The notes beneath the pieces were generated by a model, which was given only the letters and a program-made list of their open reading frames with translations, was not told the origin of the DNA and made no database searches. The position numbers were made by a program, and so were the translations under genes. Shown piece by piece: positions 1-14,178 of a stretch of DNA of 64,000 nucleotides. Source of the stretch: Escherichia coli O157:H7 (lineage in GTDB: Bacteria; Pseudomonadota; Gammaproteobacteria; Enterobacterales; Enterobacteriaceae); NCBI RefSeq assembly GCF_013167455.1, contig NZ_CP038328.1; one strand, given 5' to 3'. Within the stretch, counting starts at the first letter, position 1. The number at the start of each line of letters is the position of its first letter.

Positions 1-15
1 AGATACGATTCGTCA
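1..15 (-). CDS. pflD: Extreme 5' end of pflD-like gene (formate acetyltransferase 2), truncated by window edge
   Basis: Minus-strand ATG at 13-15 followed by codons for MTNRI, matching the remembered PflD N-terminus and the K-12 gene order downstream of frwB. Only 5 codons are visible. Confidence 0.3.
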
Positions 16-66
16 TGAGGAACTCCTGTGGGAAAGCGAACCCGCCCTTGCGAGCGGGAGAAGAAC

Positions 67-387
67 TTAAGCGGTTTGCGCCAGGTGAGCTTCAATTTTG
101 CTCATAATGGCATCAGCACGTTTTACCGCATCGCTGATGTTGACGCGCACGATGGTCTTGCCAGCAAAACGCTCTTCAAACTTGATGCCGATATCTTTAG
201 TCAGAATCACCATATCGGCGCTCGCCACGTCTTCCGCAGTCAGTTCGTTTTCCAGACCAATCGAGCCCTGGGTTTCTACTTTCACTTCCCAGCCTTTCGC
301 TTTCGCGGCACTTTCCAGCGCCTCTGCAGCCATATAAGTATGGGCAACACCAGATGGACACGCGGTTACTGCAATAATTTTCGTCAT
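67..387 (-). CDS. frwB: PTS fructose-like IIB component
   Basis: 106-aa ORF MTKIIAVTACPSGVAHTYMAAEALE...; PTS EIIB fold motif (CPxG with active-site Cys); synteny with frwC and ptsA. Confidence 0.85.
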   Translation of the reverse strand: MTKIIAVTACPSGVAHTYMAAEALESAAKAKGWEVKVETQGSIGLENELTAEDVASADMVILTKDIGIKFEERFAGKTIVRVNISDAVKRADAIMSKIEAHLAQTA

Positions 388-401
388 GGCTCGTTCCTCA
401 A

Positions 402-1481
402 TTAATTAATTTCAAAATCCAAATCCAGGTCGTCTTCTTTTTCATCAGTAGAAGATCCATTTTTACGCGCCAGACTTTTCAGCACGTTCACGCAGACTGC
501 CGTCACAACCGCCCCGACAGCCACTGCTGCGATATAACCCAACTTACCTTCAACCACCGGCAGCACAATCAGACCACCCCAGCCTGCATAGCACTGCGCA
601 CCGACCAGCGCCGCAGTTACTGCACCACAAACTGAACCAACCATGATGGAAGGAATTACACGTAACGGATCGGCTGCGGCGAAAGGAATCGCCCCTTCAG
701 TAACCCCAACGCACCCCATCACCAGCGCCGCTTTACCGGTTTCGCGCTCTTCTGCGGAGAAATTTTTACGACCAATCAGCGTCGCCAGCCCCATCCCCAG
801 CGGCGGGATACAAATACCCACGGCAGCAATGGCCACCACGGTATAAACACCCTGAGCAACGCAAATCAGCATGAAGGCATAGGCCACTTTGTTAACCGGA
901 CCGCCCATATCGAACGCCAGCATCAGACCCATGATCACCGCCAGCATAACAATGCTGCCCTGCTGCATCCCCTGAAGCCACTGAGTCAGGCTGTTGGTCA
1001 ACGCCCCTACAGGCTCGCCCAGACCCCACATCATGATGCCTGCGGTAATCAGTGTGCCGACGATCGGAATGATGAAGATGGGCATCACCGAGCGCAGAAC
1101 TTTATGCACCGGAATTTTCTTCAGGTAATGCACCACGATGCCGCCGATAATCCCGGCGATCAGTGCACCAAAGAAGCCCGCACCAAAGCTGTTACCAACC
1201 CAGGCACCGATAGCGCACGGAGCCAGCGCAGAACGCTCTGCAATGGAGTAACCGATGTAAGCGGCGAGGAAAGGCACCATCAGCGTCAAACCTGCAACGC
1301 CGATATCAAACAGTTTTTTCAGATTCGGATCGGCTACGGCATCCGGCACTGCGCCTTTGCCATACAACATGACGGAAACCGCCAGCAAAATACCGCCCGA
1401 TACCACGAAGGGAATCATGTGTGAAACGCCCGTCATTAAATGCTGACGGGTATTTTTCAGGATCTGCACCAACTCATTCAT
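402..1481 (-). CDS. frwC: PTS fructose-like IIC permease component
   Basis: 359-aa polytopic membrane ORF; K-12 synteny, divergent from ptsA. Confidence 0.85.
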   Translation of the reverse strand: MNELVQILKNTRQHLMTGVSHMIPFVVSGGILLAVSVMLYGKGAVPDAVADPNLKKLFDIGVAGLTLMVPFLAAYIGYSIAERSALAPCAIGAWVGNSFGAGFFGALIAGIIGGIVVHYLKKIPVHKVLRSVMPIFIIPIVGTLITAGIMMWGLGEPVGALTNSLTQWLQGMQQGSIVMLAVIMGLMLAFDMGGPVNKVAYAFMLICVAQGVYTVVAIAAVGICIPPLGMGLATLIGRKNFSAEERETGKAALVMGCVGVTEGAIPFAAADPLRVIPSIMVGSVCGAVTAALVGAQCYAGWGGLIVLPVVEGKLGYIAAVAVGAVVTAVCVNVLKSLARKNGSSTDEKEDDLDLDFEIN

Positions 1482-1789
1482 AAGCTGCTCCCGGGCTTGC
1501 GAAAGCCCATGTCCATATTTTTGATGGAGGAAACAATAGGCAATCGCAGGCGGAGCAAACAGTGGATAAAAAGGCCATTTACTGGACTTTTGTAATATCA
1601 GTACAAAAATGCGATCCGCCTCATAACTTGCGATAATCCGGAAGCATGCCGCAAAACGGCGTCTTGTGAGACGCGTCGCAAATTGACGGTTACATTACAT
1701 TTGTCCAGCTTTTGGCAGATTTGTCACATGGCAGGCCGTTGCCGTGCGCTCTTATCCTGTAAACAGAAAACCGTACCGGGAGAGAGGCA

Positions 1790-4291
1790 ATGGCCCTGAT
1801 TGTGGAATTTATTTGTGAGCTACCTAACGGCGTACATGCACGTCCGGCAAGCCACGTTGAAACGCTGTGTAATACTTTTTCATCACAAATTGAGTGGCAT
1901 AACCTGCGCACTGACCGCAAGGGCAACGCCAAAAGCGCCCTTGCGCTGATTGGCACCGACACGCTGGCGGGCGATAACTGCCAGTTACTGATTTCCGGGG
2001 CCGACGAACAGGAAGCGCACCAGCGTTTAAGCCAATGGCTGCGCGATGAATTCCCCCACTGCGATGCGCCGCTGGCGGAAGTTAAATCTGACGAACTGGA
2101 ACCACTGCCGGTTTCACTGACCAATCTGAATCCGCAAATTATCCGCGCCCGCACCGTGTGCAGCGGTAGCGCAGGCGGCATTCTGACGCCGATCTCTTCT
2201 TTAGATCTCAATGCGCTGGGTAATCTTCCCGCAGCCAAAGACGTTGACGCCGAGCAATCCGCACTGGAAAACGGCCTGACGCTGGTACTGAAAAACATTG
2301 AGTTTCGTCTGCTGGATAGCGACGGTGCCACCAGCGCGATTCTGGAAGCGCACCGATCCCTGGCTGGCGATACTTCCCTGCACGAACATTTACTGGCAGG
2401 CGTCAGCGCCGGATTAAGCTGCGCCGAAGCGATTGTCGCCAGTGCGAATCACTTTTGTGAAGAGTTTTCCCGTTCCAGCAGCAGCTACCTGCAAGAACGT
2501 GCCCTGGACGTACGCGATGTCTGCTTCCAGCTGCTTCAGCAAATCTACGGTGAGCAACGCTTCCCGGCACCGGGCAAACTGACGCAGCCCGCCATTTGTA
2601 TGGCTGATGAACTAACCCCCAGCCAGTTCCTCGAACTGGATAAAAATCACCTCAAAGGTCTGTTACTGAAAAGTGGCGGCACCACCTCACATACCGTAAT
2701 TCTTGCCCGTTCGTTCAACATTCCGACACTGGTTGGTGTAGATATTGATGCCCTTACTCCGTGGCAGCATCAAACGATTTATATCGACGGCAACGCCGGG
2801 GCGATTGTGGTTGAGCCAGGGGAAGCCGTAGCTCGTTATTATCAGCAAGAAGCCCGCGTACAGGACGCCCTGCGTGAGCAACAGCGTGTCTGGCTGACCC
2901 AACAAGCCCGTACCGCTGACGGTATCCGCATTGAAATTGCCGCTAACATCGCTCACTCCGTGGAAGCGCAGGCCGCATTCGGCAATGGTGCGGAAGGCGT
3001 CGGTTTGTTCCGCACTGAAATGCTCTATATGGATCGCACCAGCGCACCGGGCGAAAGCGAGTTGTACAACATTTTTTGTCAAGCGCTGGAGTCCGCCAAC
3101 GGACGCAGCATTATTGTGCGCACTATGGATATTGGCGGTGACAAACCCGTTGATTATCTGAACATTCCGGCAGAAGCTAACCCGTTCCTCGGTTATCGCG
3201 CGGTGCGTATTTATGAAGAATACGCCTCGCTGTTCACCACACAACTACGGTCGATCCTCCGTGCCTCTGCTCACGGCAGCCTGAAAATCATGATCCCGAT
3301 GATCTCCTCAATGGAAGAGATCTTATGGGTGAAAGAAAAACTGGCGGAAGCCAAACAGCAACTGCGTAACGAACACATTCCGTTTGATGAGAAGATCCAG
3401 CTCGGCATCATGCTGGAAGTGCCGTCGGTGATGTTCATCATCGATCAATGCTGCGAAGAGATTGATTTCTTTAGTATTGGTAGTAATGACCTGACGCAAT
3501 ATCTGCTGGCAGTGGATCGCGATAACGCTAAGGTTACTCGTCACTACAACAGCCTGAATCCGGCATTCTTGCGGGCGCTCGATTACGCCGTGCAAGCGGT
3601 GCATCGCCAGGGCAAATGGATTGGTCTGTGCGGTGAGCTGGGAGCGAAAGGTTCCGTGCTGCCGTTGCTGGTCGGCTTAGGGCTGGATGAACTCAGCATG
3701 AGCGCACCATCAATTCCGGCGGCGAAAGCGCGGATGGCGCAACTTGATAGCCGTGAGTGCCGCAAGTTGCTCAACCAGGCAATGGTCTGCCGTACTTCGC
3801 TGGAAGTGGAACACCTGCTGGCGCAATTCCGCATGACCCAACAAGACGCACCGCTGGTCACCGCCGAGTGCATCACACTGGAAAGCGACTGGCGCAGCAA
3901 AGAAGAAGTGCTCAAAGGCATGACCGATAACCTGCTGCTGGCGGGCCGCTGCCGCTATCCGCGTAAACTGGAAGCCGACTTGTGGGCGCGCGAGGCCGTT
4001 TTCTCTACCGGTCTGGGCTTTAGTTTTGCCATTCCCCACAGCAAATCAGAACACATTGAGCAATCCACCATCAGCGTAGCGCGTCTGCAAGCGCCGGTGC
4101 GCTGGGGCGATGATGAAGCGCAATTCATCATTATGTTAACCCTGAACAAACACGCTGCGGGCGATCAGCATATGCGCATTTTCTCGCGCCTCGCTCGCCG
4201 CATCATGCACGAAGAATTCCGTAACGCGCTGGTTAACGCCGCCTCTGCCGACGCTATCGCCAGCCTGCTGCAACATGAACTGGAACTGTAA
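1790..4291 (+). CDS. ptsA: Multiphosphoryl transfer protein (EI-HPr-EIIA fusion, PEP-protein phosphotransferase)
   Basis: 833-aa ORF with an N-terminal HPr-like segment followed by an enzyme I-like PEP-utilising domain; first gene of the ptsA-fsaB-gldA cluster. Confidence 0.85.
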
Positions 4292-4302
4292 AAGGAAACA
4301 TC

Positions 4303-4965
4303 ATGGAACTGTATCTGGACACCGCTAACGTCGCAGAAGTCGAACGTCTGGCACACATATTCCCGATTGCCGGGGTGACAACTAACCCGAGCATTATCGC
4401 TGCCAGCAAGGAGTCCATATGGGAAGTGCTGCCGCGTCTGCAAAAAGCGATTGGTGATGAGGGCATTCTGTTTGCTCAGACCATGAGCCGCGACGCGCAG
4501 GGGATGGTGGAAGAAGCGAAGCGTCTGCGCGATGCCATTCCGGGCATTGTGGTGAAAATCCCGGTGACTTCCGAAGGTCTGGCAGCAATTAAAATACTGA
4601 AAAAAGAGGGTATTACTACACTTGGCACTGCTGTATATAGCGCCGCACAAGGGTTATTAGCCGCACTGGCAGGGGCAAAATACGTTGCTCCGTATGTTAA
4701 CCGCGTGGATGCCCAGGGCGGGGACGGCATTCGTACGGTTCAGGAGCTGCAAGCGCTGTTAGAAATGCACGCACCAGAAAGCATGGTGCTGGCGGCCAGC
4801 TTTAAAACGCCGCGTCAGGCGCTGGACTGTTTACTGGCAGGATGTGAATCCATCACCCTGCCCTTAGATGTAGCGCAACAAATGCTCAACACCCCTGCGG
4901 TAGAGTCAGCTATAGAGAAGTTCGAACACGACTGGAATGCCGCATTTGGCACTACTCATCTCTAA
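4303..4965 (+). CDS. fsaB: Fructose-6-phosphate aldolase 2 (transaldolase-like)
   Basis: 220-aa [19 protein letters not shown]..., transaldolase-family signature; synteny. Confidence 0.85.
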
Positions 4966-4975
4966 AGGAGCAATT

Positions 4976-6079
4976 ATGGACCGCATTATTCAATCACCGG
5001 GTAAATACATCCAGGGCGCTGATGTGATTAATCGTCTGGGCGAATACCTGAAGCCGCTGGCAGAACGCTGGTTAGTGGTGGGTGACAAATTTGTTTTAGG
5101 TTTTGCTCAATCCACTGTCGAGAAAAGCTTTAAAGATGCTGGACTGGTAGTAGAGATTGCGCCGTTTGGCGGTGAATGTTCGCAAAATGAGATCGACCGT
5201 CTGCGTGGCATCGCGGAGACTGCGCAGTGTGGCGCAATTCTCGGTATCGGTGGCGGAAAAACCCTCGATACAGCCAAAGCACTGGCACATTTCATGGGTG
5301 TTCCGGTCGCCATTGCCCCGACCATTGCTTCAACCGACGCACCTTGTAGCGCTCTTTCCGTTATCTACACTGACGAAGGTGAATTTGACCGCTATCTGCT
5401 GCTGCCAAATAACCCGAATATGGTGATTGTCGATACTAAAATCGTCGCGGGCGCACCTGCGCGTCTGTTAGCGGCGGGTATCGGCGATGCGCTGGCGACC
5501 TGGTTTGAAGCGCGTGCCTGCTCTCGTAGCGGTGCGACCACCATGGCGGGCGGCAAGTGCACTCAGGCGGCGCTGGCGCTGGCTGAACTGTGCTACAACA
5601 CCTTGCTGGAAGAAGGCGAAAAAGCGATGCTCGCCGCCGAACAGCATGTAGTGACTCCGGCACTGGAACGCGTGATTGAAGCGAACACTTATTTAAGCGG
5701 TGTTGGCTTTGAAAGCGGTGGTCTGGCGGCAGCGCACGCGGTGCATAATGGCCTGACTGCCATTCCTGATGCCCATCACTATTATCACGGTGAAAAAGTG
5801 GCATTTGGTACACTGACGCAGCTGGTACTGGAAAACTCGCCGGTTGAGGAAATCGAAACCGTAGCTGCGCTTAGCCATGCGGTAGGTTTGCCAATAACTC
5901 TCGCTCAACTGGATATTAAAGAAGATGTCCCGGCGAAAATGCGAATTGTGGCAGAAGCGGCATGTGCAGAAGGTGAAACCATCCACAACATGCCTGGCGG
6001 CGCGACGCCAGATCAGGTTTACGCCGCTCTGCTGGTAGCCGACCAGTACGGTCAGCGTTTCCTGCAAGAGTGGGAATAA
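4976..6079 (+). CDS. gldA: Glycerol dehydrogenase
   Basis: Start trimmed to [17 protein letters not shown] (367 aa); iron-containing alcohol dehydrogenase family; synteny. Confidence 0.9.
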   Translation: MDRIIQSPGKYIQGADVINRLGEYLKPLAERWLVVGDKFVLGFAQSTVEKSFKDAGLVVEIAPFGGECSQNEIDRLRGIAETAQCGAILGIGGGKTLDTAKALAHFMGVPVAIAPTIASTDAPCSALSVIYTDEGEFDRYLLLPNNPNMVIVDTKIVAGAPARLLAAGIGDALATWFEARACSRSGATTMAGGKCTQAALALAELCYNTLLEEGEKAMLAAEQHVVTPALERVIEANTYLSGVGFESGGLAAAHAVHNGLTAIPDAHHYYHGEKVAFGTLTQLVLENSPVEEIETVAALSHAVGLPITLAQLDIKEDVPAKMRIVAEAACAEGETIHNMPGGATPDQVYAALLVADQYGQRFLQEWE

Positions 6080-6087
6080 CCTACTCC

Positions 6088-6112
6088 AAACTCCCGGCTT
6101 GTCCGGGAGTTT
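6088..6112 (+). terminator. Intrinsic terminator downstream of gldA
   Basis: Inverted repeat ctcccgg-cttgt-ccgggag followed by a short T-run, immediately after the gldA stop. Confidence 0.55.
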
Positions 6113-6124
6113 GAACGCAAAATT

Positions 6125-6223
6125 GCCTGATGCGCTACGCTTATCAGGCCTACGCAATCTCTGCAATATATTGAATTTGCGTGCTTTTTAGGCCAGATAA
6201 GACGTTCACGCCGCATCCGGCAC
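6125..6223. repeat. REP/BIME palindromic elements
   Basis: gcctgatgcgctacgcttatcaggcctac and ggccagataagacgttcacgccgcatccggcac match the E. coli REP consensus. Confidence 0.8.
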
Positions 6224-6352
6224 TCTGTGCCAGTAATCTGAAACTCCCACGTTGTTCAGGAATTTTTTATCCGCTTCTGGACATTTTCTCTACAGAACAA
6301 TCGTTAGCCCGGAAGGTCGAATCTGTGACTCTTATTTTCACGGACGAAACAG

Positions 6353-6970
6353 ATGAAAGCTTCACTGGCGCTGGTCAGCCTGCTAACGGCATTTACCAGC
6401 TACTCCTTAAAATCTCCCGCCATTCCACCAACCGTGGTACAAATCCAGGCCAATACCAACCTTGCCATCGCAGACGGTGCCAGACAGCAAATCGGCAGCA
6501 CGCTATTTTACGATCCGGCGTATGTGCAGCTTACCTATCCTGGCGGTGATGTCCCGCAAGAACGCGGGGTATGTTCCGATGTGGTGATCCGTGCATTGCG
6601 CAGCCAGAAGGTCGATTTGCAGAAACTGGTGCACGAAGATATGGCGAAGAATTTTGCCGAGTACCCGCAAAAATGGCAGTTAAAGCGCCCGGACAGCAAC
6701 ATCGATCACCGTCGGGTGCCTAATCTGGAAACCTGGTTTACCCGCCACGATAAAACACGCCCCATCAGCAAGAACCCCAGTGACTATCAAGCGGGCGATA
6801 TTGTCTCCTGGCGATTAGATAACGGGCTGGCACATATTGGGGTGGTTTCAGATGGCTTCGCCCGCGACGGTACGCCGCTGGTGATACATAACATTGGCGC
6901 AGGTGCGCAGGAAGAAGATGTGCTGTTTAGCTGGCGCATGGTGGGGCATTATCGTTATTTTGTTAAATAA
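6353..6970 (+). CDS. yijF: DUF1287-family secreted protein
   Basis: 205-aa ORF with N-terminal signal peptide MKASLALVSLLTAFTSYS; synteny between gldA and yijE. Confidence 0.8.
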   Translation: MKASLALVSLLTAFTSYSLKSPAIPPTVVQIQANTNLAIADGARQQIGSTLFYDPAYVQLTYPGGDVPQERGVCSDVVIRALRSQKVDLQKLVHEDMAKNFAEYPQKWQLKRPDSNIDHRRVPNLETWFTRHDKTRPISKNPSDYQAGDIVSWRLDNGLAHIGVVSDGFARDGTPLVIHNIGAGAQEEDVLFSWRMVGHYRYFVK

Positions 6971-6996
6971 GCGATCGCCCCACATGAAGAAAAAAT

Positions 6997-7902
6997 TCAG
7001 ATCCTTTTTACACTAACGGCTTCTTTTTTCTTACGGCTCACCAGCGCCAGTGCCAGCACAATCAGCACAATACCGCTACCTTCAACGGCCCCCGGATTCT
7101 CACCGAGCAGCCACCAGGAAAAGAGTACGCCGCAAACGGGAACGGCCAGTGTGCTTAAGCTGGCAATACTGGCAGGCAAGTTTTTCAGCACAAACAGCCA
7201 TAAGCTCCACGCCAACGCCGTCGCCAGAATCGCACTGTAGGCCAGAGCCCAGAACACAGTGGGCTGCCAGTCAATTTCACGTTGCGGCACCAGTAAAGCG
7301 ACCACACTCATCACCAGCGCCGCATAGAGCATCTGCCAGGATGTTAACGACAATAAATCCACGCGCGGATGACGGGCATACAGACGTTTAGCAACAATCG
7401 CGCTCGCCCCCCAACTAACACCGGAGAGGATTGCCAGCATGGCACTTTTCATCGAAGAGAAATCGAGTTGCCACGGCTGCAACACCAAAAATAAGCCGAA
7501 AGCGGCAATCAGAATCGCGAAATATTGCCCACGTCGCAGGCGTTCACCGAGAAACACCGCGGCGAAAATCACCACCCAGAACGGCATGGTATAGCTCAGG
7601 ATCGCCACCTTCCCCGCTCCGCCGCTGACCAGCGCCCACTGCGCCAGGCCAACCATCCCGCAGGTTTGTAACAGGGCAATGGCTAAGGTGTATTTAAACG
7701 GTGTCGGGCGCATTCCGCGACCACGTAATAAAAGGACGATGAATAAAACGAGAGCGCCGAAAATGCAGCGTAAGGCGGTAAAGTCGAAGGCACCGATGTA
7801 GCTGGTGACTTGCTTCATGAAAATCCAGCTATAACTCCAGATAAGTGTGAGCACAACCAGGCCACTGATTGCCAGTGGGTTGCTCTTTCCTGCGGCAGAC
7901 AT
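6997..7902 (-). CDS. yijE: EamA/DMT-family transporter
   Basis: Start trimmed to [17 protein letters not shown] (301 aa); about 10 TM segments; synteny. Confidence 0.8.
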   Translation of the reverse strand: MSAAGKSNPLAISGLVVLTLIWSYSWIFMKQVTSYIGAFDFTALRCIFGALVLFIVLLLRGRGMRPTPFKYTLAIALLQTCGMVGLAQWALVSGGAGKVAILSYTMPFWVVIFAAVFLGERLRRGQYFAILIAAFGLFLVLQPWQLDFSSMKSAMLAILSGVSWGASAIVAKRLYARHPRVDLLSLTSWQMLYAALVMSVVALLVPQREIDWQPTVFWALAYSAILATALAWSLWLFVLKNLPASIASLSTLAVPVCGVLFSWWLLGENPGAVEGSGIVLIVLALALVSRKKKEAVSVKRI

Positions 7903-7953
7903 GAGAGATCCAGTGTGTAGTTTTCCTGTGGACACTATACGCCGGTAAAGAAA

Positions 7954-7986
7954 CTTCAGCGACTGCCTGAAAGGCAGTCGCTGAAG
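7954..7986 (-). terminator. Intrinsic terminator downstream of katG
   Basis: Perfect inverted repeat cttcagcgactgcc-tgaa-aggcagtcgctgaag between katG stop and yijE start, with a T-rich tract on the minus strand. Confidence 0.65.
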
Positions 7987-7995
7987 AAGGTCAGA

Positions 7996-10230
<2,235 letters not shown>

Positions 10231-10504
10231 TTATAATTGAATTAATCCACGGATGCGATAGTTGAGATCTTACATATTGTTGGTTAAAGAGATGTAGATC
10301 AAATTGATCGTAATTAAGCTTTTTTGATTATGTCCGAATTCGGACAAATGCTTTATAAAAAAGGGTTTTAGCTTCATATCCTTCAAGTAATGAGGGAGAA
10401 AACAAGGCTGATAACCTTATTTTCCCGCCCTCATTTCGAGGCAGCATTTTGTGCTCTGTTTAAAATTTGTGATCACTGTGTGATTTTCATAAAAGCCACA
10501 CTAT

Positions 10505-11398
<894 letters not shown>

Positions 11399-11450
11399 TT
11401 ACCTCATCAATCGCTTGTAGTTATATGTTGTGTTGTGCACATCCATCCGT

Positions 11451-11473
11451 TTAGACGTCCAGATGTAAAGATG
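11451..11473 (-). promoter_or_regulatory. Putative MetJ operator (tandem met boxes) upstream of metF
   Basis: agacgtcc-agatgtaa-agatgaag, tandem 8-bp units resembling the met box consensus AGACGTCT, about 55-80 bp upstream of the metF start. Confidence 0.5.
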
Positions 11474-11743
11474 AAGGAAAAGCCGAAGGGCGTCAACCGA
11501 AAAATGACCAATGATGGTGAGGAAAAATCAGGGAAGATGAAAAAACTTCAGGATGGTAAGAAAAAGAAAATCCGGTATGCAAAGCAAACCGGACTGCAAA
11601 TATAAACTAACCATGTACTTATTGCTTCTTGCCGGATTCGTCGTAAACGCTTCATCCGGCCTAATCCTATGATAATTCAATATATTTCATTAGAAACCAT
11701 AAACCCGAAAACATGAGTACCGGGCATTATTAAATTTCTGAAA

Positions 11744-14176
11744 TTACAACAACTGTGCCAGCCGGTTGATATCCGACTGAATCGCCCCGGCGGTGACGTC
11801 GCGCCCCGCGCCAGGCCCACGGATCACCAGCGGGTTGTCGCGATACCAGCGGCTTTCGATGGCAAAGACGTTATCGCACGGTAGCAGTGATGCCAGCGGA
11901 TGGTCTTCACGCACCGCCTCCACGCCCACACGCGCTTTGCCGTTGGCATCGAAACGCGCCACGTAGCGCAGCACCAGCCCCATTTCGCGGGCCGCTTCCA
12001 GCCGTTGCACCATCTGCTCGTTAAGTTCATCGCCATTTTCAAAGAAATGGTCGATGCTGCCGCCTTCGCAATGAGCAGGCACCAGCGATTCCACACGTAC
12101 CTGGTCCGGTTCAATGTTGTAACCCGCTTCACGCGCCAGAATCACCAGCTTGCGCATTACGTCTTTGCCGGAGAGGTCGTCACGCGGATCAGGCTCGGTT
12201 AAGCCCTGCTGCCACGCCTGATCCACCAGCTCGGTAAACGGCACGCTACCGTCGAATTGCAGGAACAGCCAGGAGAGCGTGCCGGAGAAGATCCCACTGA
12301 TCGACAAAATAGTATCGCCGCTGTCGATCAGATCGCGCACGGTATGGTTGATCGGCAAGCCCGCACCGACGGTGGCGTTGTATAGCCAGTGACGCCCGGT
12401 TTTTTCGAAGGCGTCGTGGATCTGGCGATATTTATTGCTGTCGCTTGCTCCCGCCAGTTTGTTGGCACTGATGACGTGGAAACCGTGGCTGGCGAAATCA
12501 AGATACTGGTCAGCCAGCTGCTGGCTGGCGGTAACGTCCAGCACCACTAAATCATCATACGGATGGGCGCGCATCCACAGGAACAACGACTCTTCATCCT
12601 GCTCAACCGCTTCATCGTTGAAGAAGGCTAACGCGCGGCTGGCGTCCAGCCCGTCATAACTCAACAGACTGCGGCGGCTGTCCACCACGCCTGCCAGCAC
12701 AAATTCAAAGCCGGTACGCGCCGAAAGCGTGCTCTGCTCGCGGGCGAACAGTTCCAGCCAGCGGGAACCGATATTGCCTTTGCCGAACAATACCAGGCCG
12801 ATGCGTTTTTCTGCGCGGAAGACGGACTGATGCAGGCCCTGAATCAGGCTTTCGGTCGGGCCGGTGCGCAGTACTGCCACCAGGCTGATGCCGTCATCGG
12901 ACTGCCAGGTAAACTCGACCGGCTGGCCTTTCAGTTGCTGCCAGAAGCGGTGGCAATGCAGCGGGTTACGGGTGACACCCGCCCCGACCATCGCCACCAG
13001 CGCCAGCCCCTGACGCAGGCGCAGTTCGCCAGGTAATCCCGCTTCGTCGAGGATTTTCAGCGCACTGTCGGCCACTTCTGAGGTGTAGCAAAATTGCAGC
13101 AACTGGCGATCGTTATGCACGCCAACCGCCAGTGGGCGCACCTGAGCACGTTTCAGGATCTGGTCGATCTCTTTATGCGCCAGTTTGAAATCCTGGCTGG
13201 TGGGCACCTGAAACTCAATCAAGCAGACATCATCGTGGCTGGTGACAATACGCGCACCAGTACCGGAGGCCAGCACGCGTTCAATGCGCGTGGAGCCTTG
13301 ATCCGGCGTGTAGCTACAGCGCAGCTGCAGGTCGATTTCGCTACCGGATACTGGCTGTAAAGTACGGGCGTGAAGAACGGGAGCCGCCAGACGCGCCAGT
13401 TCGCTGGCTTCATCCAGACGCAGCAATGGCAGCAGACAGGCATCTTTCACTTTACGCGGATCGGCACTGTATACCCCGGCGACGTCGCTCCAGATGGTTA
13501 CACGAGAAACACCCGCCAGCGCACCGATTTGTGTCGCGGAATAGTCGGAACCGTTACGCCCCAGCAGCACCGTTTCACCGGCGTTGTTACGGCTGATAAA
13601 CCCGGTCACCACCAGACGTTTACCCGGATGTTGTACCAGTAGCTGTTGCAGCAACGGGTAAGAAAGCCCTTCATCAACCTGCGGTTGCGCAGCGCGTTCA
13701 GCGCGTAAAAACTCGCGGGCATCAAGCCAGGCCGCTGGCAGCCCTTGTTGATTAAGCACCGCAGACATCAGGCGCGCCGACCACACTTCGCCGTGGCCCA
13801 CCACTTCCGCATACACTGCGTCGTTAATACCGCTGTCGAGCAGCGCCGCCAGGCGCTCAAGATCGCTGACAAAAGCGCTAATGAGGCTATCGGCTTCTTC
13901 GGCGGGTAGCAGACCGCTAATCAGATCGCACTGATAGCGACGCAGCGTTTGTTGAACCTGATGCGCAGAGAGACGATCGGTCTGGCTTAGTTTCAACCAG
14001 TTAATCAACTGGTTAGTGGTGCTACCAGCGGCGGAAACCACCATCATATCGTCAGGCTGAGAGTACTCCGCCATAATGCCCGCGACACGCAAATAACACT
14101 TCACATCAGCCAGACTACTGCCACCAAATTTATGCAGCTGACGACCTTTCGCCCCTGCCTGCGCAATCACACTCAT
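11744..14176 (-). CDS. metL: Bifunctional aspartokinase II / homoserine dehydrogenase II
   Basis: 810-aa ORF immediately downstream of metB (metBL operon). Confidence 0.95.
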   Translation of the reverse strand: MSVIAQAGAKGRQLHKFGGSSLADVKCYLRVAGIMAEYSQPDDMMVVSAAGSTTNQLINWLKLSQTDRLSAHQVQQTLRRYQCDLISGLLPAEEADSLISAFVSDLERLAALLDSGINDAVYAEVVGHGEVWSARLMSAVLNQQGLPAAWLDAREFLRAERAAQPQVDEGLSYPLLQQLLVQHPGKRLVVTGFISRNNAGETVLLGRNGSDYSATQIGALAGVSRVTIWSDVAGVYSADPRKVKDACLLPLLRLDEASELARLAAPVLHARTLQPVSGSEIDLQLRCSYTPDQGSTRIERVLASGTGARIVTSHDDVCLIEFQVPTSQDFKLAHKEIDQILKRAQVRPLAVGVHNDRQLLQFCYTSEVADSALKILDEAGLPGELRLRQGLALVAMVGAGVTRNPLHCHRFWQQLKGQPVEFTWQSDDGISLVAVLRTGPTESLIQGLHQSVFRAEKRIGLVLFGKGNIGSRWLELFAREQSTLSARTGFEFVLAGVVDSRRSLLSYDGLDASRALAFFNDEAVEQDEESLFLWMRAHPYDDLVVLDVTASQQLADQYLDFASHGFHVISANKLAGASDSNKYRQIHDAFEKTGRHWLYNATVGAGLPINHTVRDLIDSGDTILSISGIFSGTLSWLFLQFDGSVPFTELVDQAWQQGLTEPDPRDDLSGKDVMRKLVILAREAGYNIEPDQVRVESLVPAHCEGGSIDHFFENGDELNEQMVQRLEAAREMGLVLRYVARFDANGKARVGVEAVREDHPLASLLPCDNVFAIESRWYRDNPLVIRGPGAGRDVTAGAIQSDINRLAQLL

Positions 14177-14178
14177 TT

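Noticed and set aside
1690-2331. 213-aa minus-strand ORF overlapping the ptsA 5' region
   Set aside because: It is antisense to ptsA and runs through the frwC/ptsA promoter region; Ser/Arg-rich low-complexity translation.
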